This document shows positions 9,379 through 19,739 of a DNA stretch of 60,237 nucleotides, piece by piece. A program made the translations under genes and the position numbers. The stretch lies in the IMG/VR virus record IMGVR_UViG_3300045303_000084, positions 1-60,237 of that record. One strand, 5' to 3'. The notes beneath the pieces were generated by a model, which was given only the letters and a program-made list of their open reading frames with translations, was not told the DNA's origin and did no database searches. Positions within the stretch are counted from its first letter, which is position 1. The number at the start of each line of letters is the position of its first letter. The stretch comes from a virus (taxonomy: Duplodnaviria; Caudoviricetes).

Positions 9379-9554
9379 TGCCAGTGCAGGAGCACCGCCG
9401 CGTCATCAACCAGCAGGGTATACTTGTCCCTGAGCACGACCGCGTGTTCGCTGAGATGTTGCGGCGACTCCTGCTTAAAGCGGTGGCAATGGTCGAAGAT
9501 CGGTACGGGCTCGAACGGGTCAACCTCACCCGTACCTCGAAGACGCTTCGATAA
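9378..9554 (+). CDS. Small hypothetical protein (58 aa; below ORF-track cutoff)
   Basis: TGATG-coupled; MPVQEHRRVINQQGILVPEHDRVFAEMLRRLLLKAVAMVEDRYGLERVNLTRTSKTLR. Confidence 0.5.
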   Translation: MPVQEHRRVINQQGILVPEHDRVFAEMLRRLLLKAVAMVEDRYGLERVNLTRTSKTLR

Positions 9555-9649
9555 CTGCATAGGCCACTACTCCCGATCACCGGGGGTACCGCCCGAACCC
9601 GTGAGTCACGCGCCCAACAGCGCCCGCTCGCTAACAAGCGAGCGTCGCT

Positions 9650-10981
9650 ATGGCCGCGAACGATCAAGGGCAGCTCTGGTCGGGCACACTTCAGATCGGC
9701 AAAGAGACGGTGGCCGGAACCGCCGTCGCCGCAACGCGGAAGCTCTACACCCGTGAGCCCGCGCTGACGGTTGAGCGCGATCCGCGCGTACACCGCTTCG
9801 CCACCACAACCCGCGACAACGTCCGCGCCTACACCAATGGCCCGGTCATGGCCGGCGGTTCGCTCTCGATGCCGATGAGCGCGGACGAAATCATCGAGAT
9901 GCTGCTGATTGGCGTTCAGGGGTCGGTCACGCCGACCACGCCAGCGGGTGACACGCTGGGACGGCTGTGGACGTTCAAGCCGGCCGGCGCCCTCGACTCG
10001 GCCACGCTCGAATGGGCAGATGGCGCGCGAACGTGGGTCGGTCCCGGTTTCAAGGGTAACTCGCTCACGATCACGGGTGCTGCCAACGAGGCGAATGACC
10101 TGTCCATTGATCTGTTCGGCAACGATGTCGTAGCAGGCTCACTGACGGGCGCGCTCTCCGAACGGGTGCCGACGTTCTTTGAGGGCTGGCAGACGCGGAT
10201 GTACATCGATCCGTTCACGGGCACGCCGGGGACGACCCCGATTCCGGGCGTTCTGCGCAACTGGACCGTCACGATCAACAACAACCTGGCGCGCGTCTAC
10301 ACCGCCGACCTCACGCTGGCGGCGAACCGCATCACGTCTGGCGAGTTGGACATGACGGCGCAGTTGACCTTTGACGCCTACCAGTCGCGCTCGTTGACCG
10401 AGTTCAACAACTGGGCGGCTGGCACACAGCGGATGGTCCGTCTTGAATTCATGGGGCCGGCTGACGAGATCGAGGCCGGTGCCAACGAGGTGCAGACCCT
10501 CACCGCGACTGGCACCCCGACCGGCGGATCGGCCACCGTCAACATTCTCGGCCAGGATGCCGTGATCGTGTTCAACAGCACGAATGCCCAGGCCCAGACA
10601 TCGATCAATGCGGCGCTTGCCGTGCTCGGGACCGGGCATACCGTCACCGTGACGGGTGGCCCCTGGCCGGGTACTGCGCTGACGGTCACGTTCACCGGCA
10701 GTCAGGTCAGCGGACGTGACATCGCGCAGGCGACGCTGACCACCAACGCCTTTACTGGCGGCACCACACCGGGCGTCACGTTCGGCACGACCACGCCAGG
10801 GCGCAACGGTCGCAAGTACGTGGCGATCGACTTGCCCGGCGCGTGGACTGCCGTGAACCTCGGCGGCTCGGCGGATGGTGTGCGGACGTACGAATTTTCC
10901 CTGCAACCAATTTATCAGACCACGCTGGCGTCAATGGGGCAGATCCTCTGCCACAACGCGCGGACGACGGCGTACGCCTAA
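9650..10981 (+). CDS. Major tail tube protein with inserted Ig-like domain
   Basis: Thr/Gly-rich 443 aa, LQIGKETVAGTAVAAT tube N-terminus, internal NEVQTLTATGTPTGG module. Confidence 0.75.
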   Translation: MAANDQGQLWSGTLQIGKETVAGTAVAATRKLYTREPALTVERDPRVHRFATTTRDNVRAYTNGPVMAGGSLSMPMSADEIIEMLLIGVQGSVTPTTPAGDTLGRLWTFKPAGALDSATLEWADGARTWVGPGFKGNSLTITGAANEANDLSIDLFGNDVVAGSLTGALSERVPTFFEGWQTRMYIDPFTGTPGTTPIPGVLRNWTVTINNNLARVYTADLTLAANRITSGELDMTAQLTFDAYQSRSLTEFNNWAAGTQRMVRLEFMGPADEIEAGANEVQTLTATGTPTGGSATVNILGQDAVIVFNSTNAQAQTSINAALAVLGTGHTVTVTGGPWPGTALTVTFTGSQVSGRDIAQATLTTNAFTGGTTPGVTFGTTTPGRNGRKYVAIDLPGAWTAVNLGGSADGVRTYEFSLQPIYQTTLASMGQILCHNARTTAYA

Positions 10982-10987
10982 GCATTC

Positions 10988-11017
10988 GGCCCGGGGTCAC
11001 TGACCCCGGGCCTTTCT
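10988..11017 (+). terminator. Intrinsic terminator after tail tube
   Basis: GGCCCGGGGTCA-c-TGACCCCGGGCC followed by TTTCT. Confidence 0.7.
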
Positions 11018-11035
11018 CGGAGGCTCAGCGTGACA

Positions 11036-11683
11036 TCAATCGACAGCAAAGGGCAGCAGTCGTTCCCGCGCGGCGCGGGCGACTTCGGCGGCCTCATGCT
11101 CCGATGCGAACACGCCGAGGTAGTGATTGACTCCCGCACTCTTGACGTACGCCATCCATTTCTGAGTCTTCTTGTGCCACGACACGCCACGGTGCGCAGA
11201 CGACGTGGCGTGGTAACTAGGTTTGTTCTGCGCGTTAGCACCTGTCGCCTTCCTATGAACACGCAGATTCGTTCGGCGGCAGTTCAGACGGTTCCGATCG
11301 ATATGGTCGACCTCCATCCCGTCGCCTTCGGTCAGTCCACAGAGATACCGATGCAGACGGATGCGGTGGTCGCGCCCGTCAATGCGTTTTGTCATGACCG
11401 CGTATCCCTTGCTCAGATGCCAGCGGTACTGACCAACGTCCTCGACGTCGTCGGCATCCACGATAGCGTTCGCGCGGACCATCCCGTGGCGATCGAAAAG
11501 CGGTACGTAGGCCGTGGTGCCATCGGCACTCAGGAGGGCACCGGACGGTGGACGACGATGAGCAAGGCTACGGCAAACGTTGGAGCAGTACAGCGCGCGT
11601 CCAACGTTGACTTGCCCGACCAGTGCCAAGAAATCGGCACCGCATTGCTGACAGACGCGGGGGATGGTACCCTTGTTGGGCAT
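11036..11683 (-). CDS. HNH-AP2 homing endonuclease with N-terminal Zn ribbon
   Basis: RLHRYL..EVDHIDRNRLNCRRTNLR HNH; SSAHRGVSWHKKTQKWMAY..YLGVF.SEHEAA AP2 domain. Confidence 0.9.
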   Translation of the reverse strand: MPNKGTIPRVCQQCGADFLALVGQVNVGRALYCSNVCRSLAHRRPPSGALLSADGTTAYVPLFDRHGMVRANAIVDADDVEDVGQYRWHLSKGYAVMTKRIDGRDHRIRLHRYLCGLTEGDGMEVDHIDRNRLNCRRTNLRVHRKATGANAQNKPSYHATSSAHRGVSWHKKTQKWMAYVKSAGVNHYLGVFASEHEAAEVARAARERLLPFAVD

Positions 11684-11762
11684 CAGGCTCACCCCCTGGT
11701 GTCAGGCCCCGGGTGTTGCAAGCACGCCGGGGTCACTTCGTGTCTAGATTTTACCATGCCTG
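11652..11762. repeat. 111-bp exact direct repeat, copy 2 (contains cassette leader 11684..11758)
   Basis: Identical to 8234..8344. Confidence 0.95.
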
Positions 11763-11782
11763 ACCAGATCAGAGAGGACGCC

Positions 11783-12226
11783 ATGAGCATAGATATTGGC
11801 CCCCCGGGGTATCAGCGAGCGAATGGAACTGCGGTGCCATCAGACGTGTCCGACCCACGCGGAAAACGCATAGCTAATAGGTGCCCCTGGCTCGATCTGC
11901 CGGAGCCGTTCGACAACCTGCGCGTCCGTTGTTGGCTTGACTATCCGCAGGACATCGCGGAGATGCTGACGGCCGAACCGGACGAGACGCCGGAGCAGGC
12001 GTCTGCACGGGTGATGGAGTTCCTGAAGGGGGTCATCCTGCAGCACGACGGCTGGGAGGCTGACGACAACGAGGGGCCGCTCCAGCAGCCCGATACTGAT
12101 GACTTTTGGCGACGCATCCCGACGCCGCTCGGCCGTGCGATCTCGGAGCGGTTCTTCGAGGAGTTGCAGGGAAACGCATCCCGCGCCTCACGCCGCAGGA
12201 AGTTCAAGACCTCTCGACGGCGCTGA
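11783..12226 (+). CDS. Tail assembly chaperone (gpG-like)
   Basis: SD GAGGA, between tube and tape measure, slippery site near its 3' end. Confidence 0.75.
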   Translation: MSIDIGPPGYQRANGTAVPSDVSDPRGKRIANRCPWLDLPEPFDNLRVRCWLDYPQDIAEMLTAEPDETPEQASARVMEFLKGVILQHDGWEADDNEGPLQQPDTDDFWRRIPTPLGRAISERFFEELQGNASRASRRRKFKTSRRR

Positions 12227-12408
12227 AGGCGCGGGATAGCAGGAGTTTCAAACCACCGTGGCCTTGGATCAAGCGGCAGATCGCGCAGCGCTGGAACTGT
12301 CCGCCGATGGCGGTCGATGCCGCGCCGTGGTTCGAAGTCGCCAACGAGTTGGACTTCATGAATCTGGAGGCCGAGGTGGCGCGGTGGAAGCAGGACAACG
12401 GGCGCTAA
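12169..12408 (+). CDS. -1 frameshift extension of tail chaperone (gpGT-like); slippery heptamer G GGA AAC at 12169..12175
   Basis: X XXY YYZ heptamer in the chaperone frame; -1 frame is open to 12408 (IAQRWNCPPMAVD..W). Confidence 0.8.
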   Translation, partial: GKRIPRLTPQEVQDLSTALKARDSRSFKPPWPWIKRQIAQRWNCPPMAVDAAPWFEVANELDFMNLEAEVARWKQDNGR

Positions 12409-12815
12409 ACCCGCTTGAGACGGTAGAAGCCGACGAACTGGCCGTATGGGTCGACGGTGATGACCTGCACGAAACCCGGCTCTGCTGGTTTGATGCCGAG
12501 GGTGTAGGCGTTGTCCAGGTAGCCGACAGCCGCATCAGGTTTGGACCCACTGGCGATGACGCCGCCGCCCGGCAGTCGATCAGCGACCGTGTACAGCGCC
12601 AGGTGCCGGCCGTAGGCGTTGTCCCACAGCAGCGTGGTGCCACCACACGGGTAGACCTGCACGCGCATCGGGCCGTCCGTGCCGATGTAGATCCCAGCCA
12701 TGTCCTCGGTGTTGAGCAGTCCGGGCGCACACGGGGCGGGTTGAGCGTGGGCGGCTCCCGGAGTCAGTGTCAGCAGAACGGCCACCACAAGCGCACCAGC
12801 GGCGATTTTCAGCAT
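12405..12815 (-). CDS. Secreted protein, moron-like antisense insert
   Basis: MLKIAAGALVVAVLLTLTPGAAHA-Q signal peptide; strong SD GGAGGAGG; TGTAGAAT -10-like box upstream. Confidence 0.65.
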   Translation of the reverse strand: MLKIAAGALVVAVLLTLTPGAAHAQPAPCAPGLLNTEDMAGIYIGTDGPMRVQVYPCGGTTLLWDNAYGRHLALYTVADRLPGGGVIASGSKPDAAVGYLDNAYTLGIKPAEPGFVQVITVDPYGQFVGFYRLKRV

Positions 12816-12870
12816 GTCTCTCTCCTCCTCCCAGGAATGACGCTCCATTCTACAGAAATGGTTCCGTCCT

Positions 12871-15800
12871 GTGGCTGACGTTGCCGCGCTGACCGTCTCC
12901 ATTCTCGGGACGCAGACCGTTACGCCGGCCGCGAATGCCGCCGTCAGCGCGCTCGGGAGCGTGGAATCGGCTGCCAGCCGTGTTGGCGCCAGCATGGTCA
13001 ACGTAGCCGCGAATATCGCGAAAGTGACAGCGGCGACAGTGGCGCTCGGCGCCGGCGCGGCGGCGGCCGGGCTTGGCAATGCGGTCAAGGTGGCTGCTGA
13101 CTTCGAGTCTCAGCTCTCAGCTATTGCCGCCGTCTCCAGTAAGGCCGAGGTCGCGGCGGTCGGCGGCATGAAGGCGATGTCCGATGTCGCGCTGCAACTC
13201 GGCAAGGATACGGCCTTCAGTGCGACACAAGCGGCGGCCGGCATGGAAGAGATGGTCAAGGCCGGCGTGTCGTTGACCGATGTCATGGGCGGTGGCGCCA
13301 AGGCGGCGCTCGACCTGGCGGCGGCCGGCGCGCTCGAAGTGTCGGAGGCTGCGACGATCGCCTCCAACGCCATGAACGCCTTTGCGCTGTCCGGTAAGGA
13401 TCTGCCGGCCATCGCGGACACCCTCGCCAACGCTGCCAACGCCAGCGCGACCGATGTCCATCAGCTTGGACTCGGCCTCGCCTCGGTCGGCGCCGTTGCG
13501 CACACGGTCGGCCTCTCCTTCGAGGACACGACGACGGCCATTGCCGAGTTCGCGCAGATGGGCCTCAAGGGCAGCGACGCGGGTACGTCATTCAAAACGA
13601 TGCTGCTGAAACTATCCGGCGACGGCAAGCCGGCGATCTCGATGATGAAAGAGCTGGGCATCATTACGGCGGATGGCGCTAACCAGTTTTTCGATGCAGA
13701 GGGCAAGGTCAAGAGCTTCGCGGAGATATCCGGCGTTCTTCAGACCGCGATGAAGGGGCTGACCAAAGAGCAGCAGATCAACGCGCTTCAGACGATGTTC
13801 GGCACCGATGCGATCCGCGCCGCCGCCATCGCGGCTGAGAAGGGTGCCGAGGGCGCCAACGCGCTGACGCAAGCGCAGAAGGAAGTCGGTGGTGCGGCAG
13901 CGGTCGCCAAGGAGCGGCTGAACAACCTCAAGGGCGCAATGGAAGCCCTCGGCGGCTCCTGGGAAGTCATCCGGATCAAGATCGGCACACCGTTCCTCCC
14001 GATCTTGACGAAAGGCGTGCAGGCACTCACGAAAGCGCTGAACGACGCCGAGCCGACCATCAGCGCTTTTGCCGAGAAGATGGCGGCCGGCCTGGATGCG
14101 CTGATCGCACGGGCAACAACGGCCGCGCCGCGATTGATGGCCTTCGGCGCCGGCCTCGTGACGTTCGGCCGTAACGTCGTGACACTGGCTCAGGCACAAC
14201 TCCCGCGCCTGCTCGATGCTTTCGAGAAACTACGCGGGTTCGTGATGGATGGTGGCCTCGCGTCAGGCGCCGGCGGACTTGTCGGAGGATTGGTCGGCGC
14301 GTTCAAGGATATCGAGCCCGTCGTGATGTCGGTCGGCAAACAGATCGTCACGAACATCACCGAAACCTTCAACTTCCTGACGACGCGCGTTATCCCGCCG
14401 CTCGTTAGCATCATCCAGCAAGTCGGGACCGTACTGGAGCGGACGCTCCTGCCGGCTGCCGCTGCGACTGGCGCTACGATGCGCGGCATCTTCGGAGACA
14501 CGCTCGACTGGCTCGCCAAGACCGTGATGCCGCCGTTTCTCAGCATCGTGGAGCAGACGGCGAACTTCTGGACCCAGGTCATGTTGCCGACGATACCGTC
14601 CGTGGCGCAGGCGCTCCGGACGACGTTGGGCGAAACGGTGCAATGGTTGGCGACGGATGTCTGGCCGAAGCTCCGTGTGGCAGCCGAAGCGGCATGGACG
14701 TTCATCAGCGGGACCATCGTGCCGGCCATCCCTGGACTTGTGCGGCAGCTCCGCGACCTTCTCGGTGGCGCGCTCACGTGGCTTGCGGAAACAGGCTGGC
14801 CGGCGCTCGTGAAGGGCGCCACGGCCGCGTGGACGTTCCTCCAGGATAACGTGATCCCCGTTGTCCGCGACACCTATGACTGGCTGAAGGTCAAGCTGCC
14901 AGAAGCCATCAACACGGTGGTATCGACCTTCGAGACGATCAAGGGCAAGGTCGGCCCGATCGTTGAGGCAGCACTGAATGGCGACATCGCGGGCGCGATC
15001 AAGAATCTCGGTACGGCGTTCGCGGAGTTTGCGACGCTGGCGATGGGTTGGCTGGGCGAGCAGGTTTCACAGATCAAGTGGGATCAGGTCTGGGCGCAGG
15101 CCGTCGATGTGGCAACTGCGCTCGGCACCTACCTACTCGGTCTAGCCGTTGACTTCGCAACGTGGCTCGGGGAGCAGGTTAGCAAGATTCCGTGGGCGTC
15201 TGTCTGGCAGCGTGTGGTAGACGCGGCGGCGGCGCTCGCGCGGTATCTCTCCCTGCAAGCCGTGGACTTCGCGACATGGCTGGGCGCGGAGGTTGCGAAG
15301 ATCCCGTGGCCGACCGTCTGGGCGAACGTCAAGCTAACCGCGCAGCAGGTTGTGGATGCGGTAGCGGCTGCCGCATCGGGCCTCGACGCGGCATTGACAA
15401 CCTGGCTTCAGAAGCAGATTGAAACGATCAACTGGAAGGGGCTTGGTGATTCTACCGGGCAATTCCTGGGCGCTATGTTCGTCGGCGCGGTTACGGGTGG
15501 CGACGGCGGGGGACTGAAGCCGGAGACGGTCCGCAAGGCGCTCTATGACTTCTTCGTCGGGGTGTTCGCAGGGTTGTGGGAATCGCTGAAGGCGCCGATC
15601 CAAAAGGGATTCATGGATCTGCTCAATAGCCTGACGCCGACCCGTCCGTCATGGTGGCCGACTGCCGTACCGTGGCCGTTCGGTCCACAGGCGGGCAGTG
15701 GGCAGCAGTTCCCGGTTGGCGCGGGGGCGGCTTCACCCGGAGGACAGCCGGGTGCCCCTGGGCGGTCGACGGCATCACCGTTGTCGATGCAGACCGGCGC

Positions 15801-17973
15801 ATTTGCCAATAACGAGGAGCGGATTGCGTACGTCCGGGCCGCGTACGCGGCTCAGGGTCATGACCCCGACACTGCCGAGACGGTTGCTCGCCGTGAGGGG
15901 GCTGGCCCGGCTGGCCCGATTGGTGACAACGGGACGAGTTTTGGTGCCATGCAACTTCACGTTGGCGGCGGCCTCGGTGACACATTCCAGCAGGAGACGG
16001 GATTAGACCCGCGAGACCCCAACAACGAGCGGGCGACGATTGACTGGGCCGCCCGTCATCTCGCTCAGACCGGTTGGTCACCGTACAAGGGCGCTGCTGC
16101 CGCTGGCGTTGGCAACCGGCAAGGCATCAACACGCAGACACCCGTGCCAATGCCGCAGGGTGGTCCATCGGGCGGCGGCGGCGAAGGCATGGTCACCTAC
16201 CGAGACGAATGGGGTAACGAGTACACGGTCACGGAGTCGCAGTTCCAGCAGCGCCAGCAAGTCGCGAACGGCACCAACCCCGTGTCGATTGTGGGGCGCA
16301 CGGCCGCGCAGGTTGGGGAGGCGACGAAACCGCAGACCGTCAATATGGGCAACTTCGGTCAGACTGCTGCTATCGGGAATCAGTGGGAGATCCCGGGCCT
16401 GTCTCCGCAAGCTGCGGCAGCAGCGTGCGGACCAGCAGCGGCGATGCTGTTCCTTCAGGCAACGGGACGGACGCCGAATAGCCAGGAGGCAATGGAGATC
16501 GCATCGAAGAACGGTTGGACACCCGGCCAGGGGATGACGCGCGGACCGGCAGGATTCAAGGGGATGCTCTCTGATATGGGCATCGACTACGCCACGCTGC
16601 CGAACACTGGTGCAGCAGCGGCGCAGTCGGTCCAATCGGGACATCTCACGGCGATCTCAACGGGCGGCGGCAATGTGCCACTCGATGCCGGCCACTACTT
16701 CGTGGCACAGGGCTTCAACCCTGAGACCGGCGAGTTCGACCTGGGTGAGACAGGTGGGGGAGCGGGTAACGCCCTCAAGGGTGGCTCGCGCTACATGACG
16801 GCTGAGCAGATCACCGCGCTTGCCGGACCGATCAATGGTGTCATTCAATTGCTCGGCCAGGTTCCGCCGGCAGCCGACGCAGCAGCCGCGAGTATGACGC
16901 CGATGGCCGACGCTACCACGGCGGTAGGCGACGCCAGCACAGCATCGACACCACCCATTACCGATCTTGCTGCCGCGACGACCACACTGCCGCCCGCGAT
17001 GGAGGCCGCCGCCGAAGGCACGACGGCGGCCGGTCAGGTGATGGCGGATGGTACGGCGGTCATGGGCGAACAGGTGCAGGCGAACTTCGATTTGATGCGC
17101 GAAGGCACCATCACCGCCGTGACGGATATGGGCGGTCAGATCCTCACCAGCGTCACAGATACAGCGGGCACGACCGTTCAGACGTGGACGGACCTTGCCG
17201 GCAACGTCACAAGCCAGACGGCCACTCTCGCCTCCGGCGTTACGCTCAGCATGGCAGATATGGGCGTTCAGACGACGGCTAGCGTCAACGAGATGGCCGG
17301 CACGATCACCACCACGATGACCGACACCGCCGGCAACGCCGTGACGACGGTGTCGGACATGAGCGGTCAGGTGATCGGGCAGTACGCCACGATGCAGACG
17401 ACGGCCGGCAGCGCCGTAACACAACTCGCCGCAACCGCTAATCAGCAGTTCGGAGACATGGCAAAGAGCGCCGAGCAGGTTCCGCCGTCAGTCAATCAGG
17501 TCAACGAATCCTTTAGCAGTGTGGAGGCGCCTGACGCCGGTCCGGTGGTCGATGCCTTCGGAGAGATGGCCGACGCTGCCGATGATGCTGCTAAGGCGGC
17601 GAAGAAGGCAGCCGAAGCGATCAAGGACATCACGCAGGCCGAGAAGGGCGGGAGCAAGGGCAACAGCAAGGAGTTCGCCAAGAAGGCATCCGGCGGCTGG
17701 ACGCAGGGATTGACGCTGGTTGGTGAAGAGGGGCCGGAGTTCATTTCGCCACAGCGGCCGATGTACGTTACTGATGCGCCTACCACACGGCAGATGCAGG
17801 GCGGCGGAACGGATAACACGGCGCTCGTTGCCGCGCTCAATCGCCTGACCGCGAGCCTGTCGCGTCCTACGCTCAACGTGTACGGCGCCGGTACCGAGGA
17901 TGTGGTCAGACAGGTTGTCCCGATCCTCAAGCAGATGGAGCGTGATGACATGAACCTGGAGGGGTTGCGCTAA
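12871..17973 (+). CDS. Tape measure protein with C-terminal lysozyme-like and C39-like peptidase domains
   Basis: 1700 aa, TP901-family core (AADFESQLS..LGKDTAFSATQAA..GLKGSDAGTS..FGTDA), Trp-periodic repeats, GEEGPE tail motif. Confidence 0.9.
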   Translation: MADVAALTVSILGTQTVTPAANAAVSALGSVESAASRVGASMVNVAANIAKVTAATVALGAGAAAAGLGNAVKVAADFESQLSAIAAVSSKAEVAAVGGMKAMSDVALQLGKDTAFSATQAAAGMEEMVKAGVSLTDVMGGGAKAALDLAAAGALEVSEAATIASNAMNAFALSGKDLPAIADTLANAANASATDVHQLGLGLASVGAVAHTVGLSFEDTTTAIAEFAQMGLKGSDAGTSFKTMLLKLSGDGKPAISMMKELGIITADGANQFFDAEGKVKSFAEISGVLQTAMKGLTKEQQINALQTMFGTDAIRAAAIAAEKGAEGANALTQAQKEVGGAAAVAKERLNNLKGAMEALGGSWEVIRIKIGTPFLPILTKGVQALTKALNDAEPTISAFAEKMAAGLDALIARATTAAPRLMAFGAGLVTFGRNVVTLAQAQLPRLLDAFEKLRGFVMDGGLASGAGGLVGGLVGAFKDIEPVVMSVGKQIVTNITETFNFLTTRVIPPLVSIIQQVGTVLERTLLPAAAATGATMRGIFGDTLDWLAKTVMPPFLSIVEQTANFWTQVMLPTIPSVAQALRTTLGETVQWLATDVWPKLRVAAEAAWTFISGTIVPAIPGLVRQLRDLLGGALTWLAETGWPALVKGATAAWTFLQDNVIPVVRDTYDWLKVKLPEAINTVVSTFETIKGKVGPIVEAALNGDIAGAIKNLGTAFAEFATLAMGWLGEQVSQIKWDQVWAQAVDVATALGTYLLGLAVDFATWLGEQVSKIPWASVWQRVVDAAAALARYLSLQAVDFATWLGAEVAKIPWPTVWANVKLTAQQVVDAVAAAASGLDAALTTWLQKQIETINWKGLGDSTGQFLGAMFVGAVTGGDGGGLKPETVRKALYDFFVGVFAGLWESLKAPIQKGFMDLLNSLTPTRPSWWPTAVPWPFGPQAGSGQQFPVGAGAASPGGQPGAPGRSTASPLSMQTGAFANNEERIAYVRAAYAAQGHDPDTAETVARREGAGPAGPIGDNGTSFGAMQLHVGGGLGDTFQQETGLDPRDPNNERATIDWAARHLAQTGWSPYKGAAAAGVGNRQGINTQTPVPMPQGGPSGGGGEGMVTYRDEWGNEYTVTESQFQQRQQVANGTNPVSIVGRTAAQVGEATKPQTVNMGNFGQTAAIGNQWEIPGLSPQAAAAACGPAAAMLFLQATGRTPNSQEAMEIASKNGWTPGQGMTRGPAGFKGMLSDMGIDYATLPNTGAAAAQSVQSGHLTAISTGGGNVPLDAGHYFVAQGFNPETGEFDLGETGGGAGNALKGGSRYMTAEQITALAGPINGVIQLLGQVPPAADAAAASMTPMADATTAVGDASTASTPPITDLAAATTTLPPAMEAAAEGTTAAGQVMADGTAVMGEQVQANFDLMREGTITAVTDMGGQILTSVTDTAGTTVQTWTDLAGNVTSQTATLASGVTLSMADMGVQTTASVNEMAGTITTTMTDTAGNAVTTVSDMSGQVIGQYATMQTTAGSAVTQLAATANQQFGDMAKSAEQVPPSVNQVNESFSSVEAPDAGPVVDAFGEMADAADDAAKAAKKAAEAIKDITQAEKGGSKGNSKEFAKKASGGWTQGLTLVGEEGPEFISPQRPMYVTDAPTTRQMQGGGTDNTALVAALNRLTASLSRPTLNVYGAGTEDVVRQVVPILKQMERDDMNLEGLR

Positions 17974-19724
17974 TGGCCGCCCGACTCGGATACCGCGATG
18001 TCGCTATCGCGAAGCGGAACACCGATCAGGCACTCGTCGCCGTCGCCAACCCCGTTGTAACGCTGTATGAGCCCGGTACGACAACACCACTTGCAGCAAC
18101 GGTCTACGCTGCAAGGACCGGCGGCACGACGCTGCCGAACCCGTTCACGGGCGCACCGGACGGCAGCTTCGAGTTCTGGATAGAGACTGCTCAGCCGGTC
18201 AAAGCTATCATCAACGGCGCATCCGCTGGCGCCGGTACCATCACGCGGGATTACACATCGCCAACCTATGAGGCCGGCTTCGTCACGCTAGACGGCAGCG
18301 GTGCGAAGTTGGCGATTGTCCACACGCCATCGGTCGGAACGGCCATACAGTCCGTGTTGACGGGCGGAGGCGGGAGCGTCCTGGCGCTGCAATCGACGCC
18401 CGGTAGCACCGTCAATATTATCCAGCCGGGGTATACGCAGGCACAGGTATTCGGGCTTGCCGTCATCAAGTCATTTCACGGCACCACTACGCATAACGGG
18501 AGCGCAACCGCCACCTTCAACCAGGTCCAGTACGACGCCACGTCGGTAGGGTCTGATGCCACAACGGCGAAGATGATTCACCACTGGACCGGGACGAATA
18601 CCACGGCCAACGCCACGGCGCGAACGCTAGAGATTGAGGCGATCCGCTATCACGCCTCGGCTGGAACCGGCGCCGCTACGTTGATTGGGGCAACCACGGC
18701 TGCTTCGATGAAATACGGATCGACACGCGGTATAGATATCGGGCTCGGCCACGACCCGGCTATCACCGATGCGCCGGTGTACATCACGGGGCTGGTCGGA
18801 CTGAACATCTTCAACGTTGGCGCGGCCGGACCGGATAGCAAGACGTGGGACGGCACGACGGCCGGTCAGCGCGGGAACAAGGCGACGACCGGGGTCGTGG
18901 TCTGGGGCGGCACCTCCAACGCCGGTGGCTTCAACTACGGGTACGTCTACAACGGCCCCGGTATGGCAGATCAGAACCTTCACACGACGACGGGGCGTAT
19001 CTGGCACGTCCGCGAGGCCGGCGGTGTCGATCAGATGCTTCTCTGGTCGGCCCACACGACGGGAACGGGTATCCAGCTCTCCAACACGAGCGGCACGTCG
19101 TTCCAGCGCTCCCTGAACGTCGAGGGCACGGGCGGATCGCATCCCGGCGCGCTGGGTATCTGGAACGCCAACGACAACCGCTACATGGCCGCGTTCTGGA
19201 AGTCCACGACGACATCCACGATTGACCAGTTCCTCGTCGGGGACGGTTCGGCAGCCGTACCCACAGTCGGATTTCTGTCCGACGTTGACAATGGCCTGTT
19301 TAGGATCGGCGCGAATAACTGGGGACTATCGGCCGGCGGCTCGACCGTTATCAACCTCACGGCGACGCAAATTGGCGTGACCGGGGGGAGCGACGCCTCG
19401 CCGGGAGTGGCCGGTTTCGCGGATCTGAATACGGGTTTTGTCTGGGACACCGGCGACGTGATGGGAATCTCAATCGGGGGTACCCGTAAAGTGACGTTGA
19501 GCGCGACAGGATTTGGGATTGGTATCACGCCAGCCAACCCGTTGCACGTCTCCGGGGCCAACGCCATCCGGATTGAGACATCCTCGAACTGGGTAGCCGC
19601 TTCCGGTGGCACGACCGCAACCAACCCCGGTATCACCGGCGGTCCCACTTCGGCAGTAGCCTCCGGGTGGCTCAAAGCGATCAATCTGGGTGGTACAACA
19701 ATCTACATCCCGTACTGGATCTAA
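17973..19724 (+). CDS. Tail fibre / minor tail protein
   Basis: 583 aa Gly/Thr-rich; LYEPGTTTPLA..LPNPFT..DG N-terminal anchor; GSAAVPTVGFLSDVDNGLF fibre repeats. Confidence 0.7.
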   Translation: MAARLGYRDVAIAKRNTDQALVAVANPVVTLYEPGTTTPLAATVYAARTGGTTLPNPFTGAPDGSFEFWIETAQPVKAIINGASAGAGTITRDYTSPTYEAGFVTLDGSGAKLAIVHTPSVGTAIQSVLTGGGGSVLALQSTPGSTVNIIQPGYTQAQVFGLAVIKSFHGTTTHNGSATATFNQVQYDATSVGSDATTAKMIHHWTGTNTTANATARTLEIEAIRYHASAGTGAATLIGATTAASMKYGSTRGIDIGLGHDPAITDAPVYITGLVGLNIFNVGAAGPDSKTWDGTTAGQRGNKATTGVVVWGGTSNAGGFNYGYVYNGPGMADQNLHTTTGRIWHVREAGGVDQMLLWSAHTTGTGIQLSNTSGTSFQRSLNVEGTGGSHPGALGIWNANDNRYMAAFWKSTTTSTIDQFLVGDGSAAVPTVGFLSDVDNGLFRIGANNWGLSAGGSTVINLTATQIGVTGGSDASPGVAGFADLNTGFVWDTGDVMGISIGGTRKVTLSATGFGIGITPANPLHVSGANAIRIETSSNWVAASGGTTATNPGITGGPTSAVASGWLKAINLGGTTIYIPYWI

Positions 19725-19739
19725 ATAGGAGACGCATTC

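Noticed and set aside
8234-11762. 111-bp repeat as a DGR template/variable pair or as attL/attR
   Set aside because: The copies are identical with no adenine-specific mismatches, no reverse transcriptase was recognised, and the enclosed genes are core tail genes
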